Shown here in pieces: positions 51,146-64,000 of a stretch of 64,000 bases of DNA. The stretch lies in the NCBI RefSeq assembly GCF_049554935.1, contig NZ_CP186926.1, positions 1,056,001 to 1,120,000 of the forward strand, written 5' to 3'. The stretch comes from Methanocaldococcus indicus (GTDB taxonomy: Archaea; AGJL01; Methanococci; Methanococcales; Methanocaldococcaceae). Made by a program: the position numbers and the translations under genes. A model generated the notes under the pieces. It did not search any database. It saw nothing but the letters and a program-made list of their open reading frames with translations, and had not been told where the DNA came from. Each line of letters starts with the position of its first letter. Within the stretch, counting starts at the first letter, position 1.

Positions 51146-51696
51146 TGATTATCACAATAGGAGGACTTCCTGGAACTGGAACTACAACTATTGCTAAAAA
51201 AATAGCTAAAACATTTAATTTAAGGTATGTTTGTGCAGGTTTAATTTTTAGAGAGATGGCAAAAGAAATGAATATGTCCTTAGAGGAGTTTAGTAAGTAT
51301 GCTGAAAAACATAAGGAAATAGATGAGGAAATAGATAGAAGACAGATAGAGTTAGCTAAAAAAGGAAATATAGTTTTAGAAGGTAGATTGGCAGCTTGGA
51401 TGCTTTTAAGGGAAGGTATAAAACCAGATTTATCTATTTGGTTTAAAACACCTATTGAAATAAGAGCAGAAAGAATAGCTAAAAGAGAAAATCAAAGTTT
51501 TGAAGAAGCTTTAGAAAAAATGAAGTTAAGAGAAGAAAGTGAAAAAAAAAGATACAAAGATATATATAATATAAATTTAGATGATTTATCTATCTATGAC
51601 TTGGTTATAGATACATCAAAATGGGATATTAGGGGAGTGTTTAATATTGTCTCTATGGCAATATTAAACCTCCCTCATTTAGAGGATGAATTGTGA
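51145..51696 (+). CDS. cmk: Cytidylate kinase (archaeal type)
   Basis: [21 protein letters not shown]. Confidence 0.95.
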   Translation: MIITIGGLPGTGTTTIAKKIAKTFNLRYVCAGLIFREMAKEMNMSLEEFSKYAEKHKEIDEEIDRRQIELAKKGNIVLEGRLAAWMLLREGIKPDLSIWFKTPIEIRAERIAKRENQSFEEALEKMKLREESEKKRYKDIYNINLDDLSIYDLVIDTSKWDIRGVFNIVSMAILNLPHLEDEL

Positions 51697-51734
51697 TTCG
51701 CGAGAATCACAAGAACAAAAAATGAGGTGAGGTT
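51667..51734 (+). promoter_or_regulatory. Predicted mRNA hairpin sequestering the rpl14e Shine-Dalgarno sequence
   Basis: AACCTC/GAGGTT and CCTCATTT/AAATGAGG outer stems; inner TTGTGATTC-GCGA-GAATCACAA. Confidence 0.6.
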
Positions 51735-51977
51735 ATGGCAGCTATAGAAGTTGGTAGAGTTTGTATAAAAACATCAGGAAGAGAAGCAGGAAAAGTTTGT
51801 GTAATTGTTGATGTTATAGACAAAAACTTTGTATTAGTTGATGGAGAAGTTAAAAGAAGAAGATGCAATATAAAGCATTTAGAACCAACAGACAAAAAAG
51901 TAGATATTCAAAAAGGAGCTTCAACAGAAGAAGTAAAGTTAGCATTAGATGCAGCAGGATTATTAAATAAAGAATAA
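51735..51977 (+). CDS. rpl14e: 50S ribosomal protein L14e
   Basis: [24 protein letters not shown]. Confidence 0.97.
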   Translation: MAAIEVGRVCIKTSGREAGKVCVIVDVIDKNFVLVDGEVKRRRCNIKHLEPTDKKVDIQKGASTEEVKLALDAAGLLNKE

Positions 51978-51981
51978 AAAT

Positions 51982-52015
51982 AATTTTTTTATTTTTTTTT
52001 AAATTAAATTTTTTT
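51982..52015 (+). terminator. T-tract terminator-like sequence after rpl14e
   Basis: Consecutive T7, T9 and T7 runs. Confidence 0.5.
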
Positions 52016-52020
52016 GGTGA

Positions 52021-52890
<870 letters not shown>

Positions 52891-52991
52891 CTCATAAACA
52901 TATAAATACTATTTTTAATTATTTAATTAAGAATATAATAGTGGTGAATTTTTTACTAAATTTTATTTATATTAATTTATTAATTTGAATA

Positions 52992-53219
52992 TTGGTGTTA
53001 TTTATGGAAAATCTTTGGGCTAAGATTGGGGAAACTGCTGGGAAAGTTTATCATCTCTTAGAAAGTGGAGAAAAATGTCTAAGTGAAATAGAAAAGAGAT
53101 TAAAAGAAGAAGGTTACAATACAAATATAGTAAAAATGGCTATTGGGTGGTTAGCAAGGGAAGACAAAATTGAAATATTAAAGGATAATAAAAGATGGAT
53201 TATTAGATTAAAAAGGTAA
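52992..53219 (+). CDS. Small winged-helix protein (DUF2582-like)
   Basis: IGETAGKVY..L, MAIGWLAREDKI. Confidence 0.85.
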   Translation: MVLFMENLWAKIGETAGKVYHLLESGEKCLSEIEKRLKEEGYNTNIVKMAIGWLAREDKIEILKDNKRWIIRLKR

Positions 53220-53224
53220 TTGTT

Positions 53225-55012
53225 ATGATTGTAGGTAATTCCTCTCTATTGGCTAAGATAGATGATTATGGAGAAATTGAATATTTATTTTATCCGCATG
53301 TTGGTTATGAGTATCATAACTCAAATATTGGATTTGCAATATATTTGGATAATGTTATATGGTACTGGGATGATAGTTGGGAAATAAATCAAAAGTATTT
53401 AGATAATACAAATATACATCTTACTACTTATGAGAATGATAAATTATCAATATATTTATATGATTTTGTCCCACCTTCTCACAATGTTATTATTAGGAAA
53501 GTTATTCTAAAAAATAAGTTAGATGAAGATATTAAGTTAAAATTCTTCTCATATGAGAATATTAAGATTGGTGAGCATCCAAAACCATCAACAACCAAAT
53601 ATATAAATGGAAAAATAATCAAATATAATGAAGATTATATGTTTATAATTGGAGGGGATAAAAGACCAACATCTTTTCAATGTGGAAATAGATATGACAA
53701 AAAGTCAGCTTATATTGATATTGAAAATGGTATTCTTTCAGAAAATTCTGAAAGCTATGGAGAGCTTACAGACAGTGCATTATGTTGGGATATAAAAATA
53801 TCCAAAAATAAAAAATCTATATTAAAATTGTTTATTATGCCCAAAAAATATGATAAAGATATCTCCATCTATATAACTCAGCATAATATTCTAATTAATA
53901 ACTATAACACTATAAAAGAGCTCTCATTGAATTATTGGAAAAATTTAATAAATATTGAAGATTGGATTAGTGAAGAGTATAAGAATTATCTTAGTTTAGC
54001 AAAAAGGGCTATTCTTTTATTGAATATGTTATGTGACAAAAATGGAGGGATAATAGCAGCTCCAACAATCTTTCCAGATTATAGGTATGTTTGGGGAAGG
54101 GATGGAAGTTACATGGCTGTTGCTTTATCTTTGTATAGGCAAAAAGGTTTAGTAGAGAAGTTCTTTGAGTTTATGTTCAAAATTCAGAATGTTGATGGTT
54201 CTTGGTTACAGAACTATTTTGTTGATGGTTCTCCAAGATTAACAGCTTTACAAATTGACCAAGTTGGCTCTGTTTTGTGGGCTTTAAGAGTTTATTATAG
54301 AATATTTGGCAATAGAGAATTTATTGAGAAATATTGGAATAATATTAAAAAAGCAGGGGATTTTTTATCATCATCTATTTTAAAACAATGTTATGACTTA
54401 TGGGAGGAGAAATTTGGAGTATTTGCATATACTGTCTCTACTATTTATGGAGGATTAAGATGTGCATACAGTTTAAGTAAAGCTGTTGATAAGTTAGATG
54501 AAGTTAAACATTGGGAAAAATCTTTAAAATATATGAAAAAAGAAATTCCAAATATGTTTTATTCAAAAGAAGAAAGAAGATTTTTAAAATCAATAAATCC
54601 AGTTAATAAGGAAATAGACTCCTCTATTTTAGGGTTGGCATATCCATATGGGTTGGTAGATATAGATGATAAAAGAATGATAGAAACAGCTGAAACTATT
54701 GAAAGAGCTTTTAAATATAAAGTTGGAGGTATTGGAAGATATCCAGAGGATACATATTTTGGAGGAAATCCATGGTTAATAACAACATTATGGCTATCTC
54801 TCTATTATAGAAAATTAGGACAAATAACTAATGATGAAGTTTATACTGAAAAATCTAAAAAATTGTTTAATTGGGTTATAAAAAATATATACAATTTCCC
54901 AGAACAAATACATAAAGATTTAGGAATCCCAATATCAGCAGAACCATTGGGTTGGAGTATAGCTATGTTTTTAATATATCTTTATAAAAATGATGATGTG
55001 ATACTATGCTAA
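53225..55012 (+). CDS. Glucoamylase, GH15
   Basis: GIIAAP, YVWGRD, DLWEE, EQ...PLGWS. Confidence 0.92.
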   Translation: MIVGNSSLLAKIDDYGEIEYLFYPHVGYEYHNSNIGFAIYLDNVIWYWDDSWEINQKYLDNTNIHLTTYENDKLSIYLYDFVPPSHNVIIRKVILKNKLDEDIKLKFFSYENIKIGEHPKPSTTKYINGKIIKYNEDYMFIIGGDKRPTSFQCGNRYDKKSAYIDIENGILSENSESYGELTDSALCWDIKISKNKKSILKLFIMPKKYDKDISIYITQHNILINNYNTIKELSLNYWKNLINIEDWISEEYKNYLSLAKRAILLLNMLCDKNGGIIAAPTIFPDYRYVWGRDGSYMAVALSLYRQKGLVEKFFEFMFKIQNVDGSWLQNYFVDGSPRLTALQIDQVGSVLWALRVYYRIFGNREFIEKYWNNIKKAGDFLSSSILKQCYDLWEEKFGVFAYTVSTIYGGLRCAYSLSKAVDKLDEVKHWEKSLKYMKKEIPNMFYSKEERRFLKSINPVNKEIDSSILGLAYPYGLVDIDDKRMIETAETIERAFKYKVGGIGRYPEDTYFGGNPWLITTLWLSLYYRKLGQITNDEVYTEKSKKLFNWVIKNIYNFPEQIHKDLGIPISAEPLGWSIAMFLIYLYKNDDVILC

Positions 55013-56286
55013 TTACCTTCAATTTTGAAGTTTATCAGCCATACAGATTAAATAAAAAACTAAAAAATTCAAATAACTTAAAAGATAGATATTTTGATAA
55101 TAAACTAAATAAAGAGGTATTTAATAAAGTGGCAAATAACTGTTATATTCCTACAAATGAGCTTTTATTGGAGTTGATAGATGAACATAATTTTAAAGTG
55201 AATTTTTCTATCTCAGGAGTTTTTATTGAGCAAGCTATTGAGTATAATGATTATGTTTTAGATTTATTTGTTGATTTAGTTAAAACTGGAAATGTTGAGT
55301 TAATTGGAGAGACATACTATCACTCACTATCAAGTTTGTTAGAAGATGAAAGTGAATTTATAGAGAATATTGTAATGCATAGAGAAATATACAAAGAGAT
55401 TTTTAAATTTAAATCAAGAGTTTTTAGAAATACAGAGTTGATATATAACAACAGAATTGGAAAGATTGTTAAGGATTTAGGATTTGAGGCAATATTTACA
55501 GAAGGATTAGAGAGAATTTTAGAGTGGAGAAGTCCAAATTATCTTTATCAATCTCCTGATGGAATAAAAATACTTTTAAGAAATTATAGATTAAGTGATG
55601 ATATTGGTTTTAGATTTTCAGCTAAAAATTGGGAAGAGTATCCTTTAACAGCAGATAAATATGCTTATTGGCTGTCAGTAACTCCTGGAGAGGTAATAAA
55701 TATATATATGGATTATGAAACTTTTGGAGAACATCATTGGAAAGATACTGGAATCTTTGAATTTTTAAGGTATTTACCAATTGAAATAAATAAACATGAG
55801 AATTTAGAGGTTGTTAATGTTAGTGAAGCAATAGAAAGGTTGGAGCCAAAAGGAGAATATTTTGTTCATGAATTTTCAACAATTTCTTGGGCTGATTCTG
55901 AGAGAGATGTAAGTGCATGGCTTGGGAATAGAATGCAAATAATATCATTTGAAAAATTATGTAAAATTAGAGATATTGTTAAAGATAAAGATGAAGTTAG
56001 GAAGATTTATGGATATCTAACAACAAGTGACCACTTATATTATCAATCAACAAAAGGTTTTAGTGATGGAGAAGTTCATAACTATTTCAGTTATTTTGAT
56101 ACTCCATTTGATGCCTTTGCTACTTATTTAAATGTTCTTTATGATTTTGAGTATAAAATAAAAGATAGGGAAAGAGAAAATTATGATGATTCATATATGT
56201 ATAATATAGAAGATGAAAATATTTATGAAGAGTATAATGAAAATGATGATAATAATAACAATAGTGAGAATATTCTAATATTATAA
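55006..56286 (+). CDS. Alpha-amylase, GH57
   Basis: ETYYHSL, RNTEL, LSDDIGFRFS, DYETFGEH, SWAD. Confidence 0.92.
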   Translation: MLITFNFEVYQPYRLNKKLKNSNNLKDRYFDNKLNKEVFNKVANNCYIPTNELLLELIDEHNFKVNFSISGVFIEQAIEYNDYVLDLFVDLVKTGNVELIGETYYHSLSSLLEDESEFIENIVMHREIYKEIFKFKSRVFRNTELIYNNRIGKIVKDLGFEAIFTEGLERILEWRSPNYLYQSPDGIKILLRNYRLSDDIGFRFSAKNWEEYPLTADKYAYWLSVTPGEVINIYMDYETFGEHHWKDTGIFEFLRYLPIEINKHENLEVVNVSEAIERLEPKGEYFVHEFSTISWADSERDVSAWLGNRMQIISFEKLCKIRDIVKDKDEVRKIYGYLTTSDHLYYQSTKGFSDGEVHNYFSYFDTPFDAFATYLNVLYDFEYKIKDRERENYDDSYMYNIEDENIYEEYNENDDNNNNSENILIL

Positions 56287-56299
56287 TTTAGGTGAAATT

Positions 56300-57200
56300 A
56301 TGAAAAAATTAAGAAAAAAAGATATTAAGGTTCCTTTAACTGTCCCAGAAAGTGTTAAAAAAGAATATGTATCTAATTATTTAGAATTAACAAAAAAAAC
56401 TGGAAATGTTATGATTTTTGCAGGAGACCAAAAAATAGAACATTTGAATGATGACTTTTTTGGGGAAAATATTGCTAAGGAAGATGCTTCTCCAGAGCAT
56501 TTATTTAATATAGCAAGTAAAGGAAAGATTTGTGCCTTTGCTACACAACTTGGTTTAATAGCAAGATATGGTATGGATTATAGAAAAATTCCATATATAG
56601 TTAAAATCAACTCTAAAACTCATTTAGTTAAAAGTAGAGACCCAATTAGTAAAGGGTTAGTTAGTGTTAAAGATGTTGTTGAATTTAAAGAAAATTCTGG
56701 ATTGAATATTTTAGGAGTTGGTTATACTATCTATCCTGGTAGTGAGTATGAACATATAATGTTTGAGGAGGCATCAAAAATAATATTAGAGGCACATAAG
56801 CATGGACTAATTGCAATATTATGGAGTTATCCAAGAGGTAAGAATGTTAAAGATGAAAGAGACCCTCATATTATTGCAGGAGCTGCAGGAGTTGCTGTAT
56901 GTTTGGGAGCTGATTTTGTTAAAGTTAATTATCCAAAGTGTGAAAATCCAGCTGAAAGATTTAAAGAGACAGTTTTAGCAGCTGGAAGAACAGGAGTTTT
57001 ATGTGCAGGAGGTAAGTCAAGAGACCCAAAAGTATTTTTAAAAGATATTTGGGAGCAAATTAATATTAGTGGAGCAAGAGGTAATGCAACAGGAAGAAAT
57101 ATACACCAAAAACCTTTGGATTTAGCTATTAGAATGTGTAATGCTATATATGCTATAACAATTGAAGGAAAGAGTTATGAAGAAGCTTTAAAAATATACT

Positions 57201-57208
<8 letters not shown>
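56300..57208 (+). CDS. Class I (DhnA-type) aldolase, fructose-bisphosphate/DKFP synthase-like
   Basis: AGDQKIEH, YPRG, LGADFVKVNYP, AGG, GRNIHQ. Confidence 0.88.
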
Positions 57209-61683
<4,475 letters not shown>

Positions 61684-61800
61684 CAGAAAATAGTATTAAT
61701 ACAATAACATAAATTTTAAATGTAATAAAATTTATTATTATCCTTTTAATATCTTTCTTATCTTTCTTTATAATAATATTAAAAATTATTTGGTGATTTT

Positions 61801-62067
61801 ATGGCTATAAGAGTATCTGACATTATTGGAAAAGAAGTATATACTACAAAAGCTCTTTATGTTGGAAAGGTTTATGATGTTATGGTTGATTTAGATAAAG
61901 GAGCAATAAGTGGATTGGTATTAACAAATATATCAAGAGGTTGTTTAGCCAACTTAGTATCAGACCCTACAAAAAAAGTAGTTATTCCTTATTCATTAGT
62001 TTCAGCAATTGGAAACATAATACTAATAAAATCTCCAAGTGAAGCTAACTACAACTTTTTAAAATAA
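61801..62067 (+). CDS. PRC-barrel domain protein (CdpB-like)
   Basis: GKEVYT...VGKVYDV...[15 protein letters not shown]. Confidence 0.85.
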   Translation: MAIRVSDIIGKEVYTTKALYVGKVYDVMVDLDKGAISGLVLTNISRGCLANLVSDPTKKVVIPYSLVSAIGNIILIKSPSEANYNFLK

Positions 62068-62087
62068 CTATTTTTTGGTGAAATAAA

Positions 62088-62858
62088 TTGTCCTTAAAAA
62101 TAGGGTTAGTTGGATGTGGTGCAGTTGGAAATTTTATAGTTAAGAAAATAAATGAAGGAATGATTAAAGCTAAGTTAATAGCTTTGTATGATAGAAACTA
62201 TGAAAAATCTCTTAAATTGGCAAAAATTTTAGATGTAAAAGCTTGTAAGAGTTTAGATGAGTTAGTTAAGGAAGATATTGATTTAGTTGTTGAAGCTGCA
62301 TCAATAAATGCTGTTGAAGAAGTTGTTAAAAAATCAATATTAAACAATAGAGATGTTCTTATATTGAGTGTTGGAGCATTTGCTGATAAAAATTTATTTT
62401 TAAATATTTGTAAGTTGCTAAAAAACTCCAATAATAGAGTATATATCCCTTCTGGGGCAGTTGCAGGTTTAGATGCTCTTAAAGTTATTAAATATTGTAA
62501 GAATAAAAGAGTTAAACTTAGAACTGTTAAATCACCTAAATCTCTTGGAGTAGATGTAAAAGAAGAAACTATATTATTTAGAGGAAATGCCTTAGATGCT
62601 ATAAAAAAATTCCCTGCTAATATAAATGTAGCTATTACTCTATCCTTAGCTGTTGGATATCCTATAGATGTAGAAATAGTTGCAAATCCAAATATAGATA
62701 AGAACAGACATGAAATTTATGTAGAAAGTGATATTAGCAATATAAAAATAATTTTAGAGAATAAACCATTAAAAGATAATCCTAAAACTTCTGCATTAGC
62801 TGCTTATTCAATTGTTAAGACAATAAATGAAATTCAAGAGAATATAAGAATAGTATGA
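62088..62858 (+). CDS. nadX: L-aspartate dehydrogenase
   Basis: GCGAVG, VEAAS, PSGAVAGLD, FPANINVA, NPKTSALA. Confidence 0.95.
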   Translation: MSLKIGLVGCGAVGNFIVKKINEGMIKAKLIALYDRNYEKSLKLAKILDVKACKSLDELVKEDIDLVVEAASINAVEEVVKKSILNNRDVLILSVGAFADKNLFLNICKLLKNSNNRVYIPSGAVAGLDALKVIKYCKNKRVKLRTVKSPKSLGVDVKEETILFRGNALDAIKKFPANINVAITLSLAVGYPIDVEIVANPNIDKNRHEIYVESDISNIKIILENKPLKDNPKTSALAAYSIVKTINEIQENIRIV

Positions 62859-63018
62859 ACTATCTATATATTTTTGTGTATTTTAGTTAGTTTTTAATAA
62901 AATTTATTAAACCATAACATATATAAAGAGAAAAGTTTTATTTAGATTAGACAATAAATTTTAGATTTAGTGTATAGTATAATTAAATATTTAAAAACAC
63001 AGAATTAGGTGGGAATTA

Positions 63019-63321
63019 ATGGTTCAAATGAGTGAAGGATTTAGAAGAAAAACAAGAAAAAAATTATCTAAAAAACCAAGAGAAAGAGGTCTATATCCTA
63101 TAACAAGAGCATTGAGAGAGTATAAAGAAGGAGAGTATGTAGCTATAAAAATAGACCCATCAGTTCATAAAGGAATGCCTCATCCAAGATATCATGGAAG
63201 AACTGGAGTTGTTGTAGGGAAACAAGGAAAAGCATTTTTAGTTAAAATAAGAGATGGAGGAAAGGAAAAAATATTAATTGCTTTCCCACAACATTTAAAG
63301 CCTGTTAATGTGGGACAATGA
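63019..63321 (+). CDS. rpl21e: 50S ribosomal protein L21e
   Basis: [19 protein letters not shown]. Confidence 0.97.
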   Translation: MVQMSEGFRRKTRKKLSKKPRERGLYPITRALREYKEGEYVAIKIDPSVHKGMPHPRYHGRTGVVVGKQGKAFLVKIRDGGKEKILIAFPQHLKPVNVGQ

Positions 63322-63641
63322 TTGGAAAAAAAATATTAGAAGAAAAAATTATAACTATTTCTGAAGCATCTAAAATTATGGAAGAAAGAGCTAAATTAGG
63401 AGAATTATCTTATGAACAAGGTTGTGCATTAGATTACTTACAAAAACTTAAAAAATTATCTCCTGAAAAAGCAAGAGAATTAGTTAATGAGCTTATTAGT
63501 ATTGGTGTAGATAAAGAGACAGCTGTTAAAATAGCTGATATTCTTCCAGAGGACATGGATGATTTAAGAGCTATCTATTACAAAAGAGAACTACCTGAAA
63601 ATGTAGATGAAATATTAGAAACAGTTAAAAAATACATCTAA
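63318..63641 (+). CDS. rpoF: RNA polymerase subunit F (Rpo4)
   Basis: [19 protein letters not shown]; conserved rpl21e-rpoF-DUF655 order. Confidence 0.95.
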   Translation: MIGKKILEEKIITISEASKIMEERAKLGELSYEQGCALDYLQKLKKLSPEKARELVNELISIGVDKETAVKIADILPEDMDDLRAIYYKRELPENVDEILETVKKYI

Positions 63642-63690
63642 ATTTTTTTAGTATTGTATATTGATAGATTTAAGTAAAAGGTGGAATTTT

Positions 63691-64000
63691 ATGGTTACTA
63701 TTCATAATATCAAAAAAAAGAATAAGCCACAAAAATATGAAAAATATGCATGGATTTTAGATTATCTCCCTTATGGATATCATGGTAAAGGAGAACCAAT
63801 AGCCCAAGGATTGGGAGAAGAACAATTTTTATTAATGGAATTAAAACCAAAAGATGATGTATTTTTAGGAGAGAGGGTTTATATTGGAAAAGGTAAGAGA
63901 GATAAGATAGACCATGTTATAAAAATGATTAAATATGAAAATTTAACATCAACAGCTAAAACAGAACTTTTATATGTTGTTATGGATGCTGTCAAGCATC
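63691..64000 (+). CDS. DUF655 family RNA-binding protein, runs off window edge
   Basis: Manual translation ...YEKYAWILDYLPYG...PIAQGLGEEQFLLMEL...GERVYIGKGKRDKI. Confidence 0.88.
   Translation, partial: MVTIHNIKKKNKPQKYEKYAWILDYLPYGYHGKGEPIAQGLGEEQFLLMELKPKDDVFLGERVYIGKGKRDKIDHVIKMIKYENLTSTAKTELLYVVMDAVKH

Noticed and set aside
56170-56286. Asp/Asn/Glu-rich tail of the GH57 amylase
   Set aside because: Low-complexity linker-like extension with no periodic DNA repeat or recognisable motif.

Overview
AT-rich archaeal chromosome segment whose gene set and codon style point to a Methanocaldococcus-type hyperthermophilic methanogen. It is mostly densely packed housekeeping genes: translation, FtsZ/Top6A/FEN1, TFB/TFE, cofactor synthesis and a glycogen/sugar cluster. 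Accessory or non-coding elements visible in the sequence: (1) a type I R-M methyltransferase followed by an MNT-HEPN toxin-antitoxin pair; (2) a PKD surface protein / pilin / archaeosortase D operon, preceded on the same strand by a box C/D sRNA and a tnpB remnant that keeps a structured omega-RNA-like 3' end; (3) an 8-repeat CRISPR array with leader but no cas genes in the window; (4) a 168-aa Ala-start KlbA mini-intein; (5) a phosphate-scavenging locus (phoA, small lipoyl-like ORF, YibE/F, pstS) in which an identical 36-bp palindrome-containing box precedes both phoA and pstS; (6) an intact 703-bp IS6-type element with terminal inverted repeats and a target duplication. Two further candidate regulatory structures are a hairpin that buries the rpl14e Shine-Dalgarno sequence and a 12-bp inverted repeat between two divergent GTP cyclohydrolase genes. 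All family calls come from motif recognition and recall; no database searches were run.
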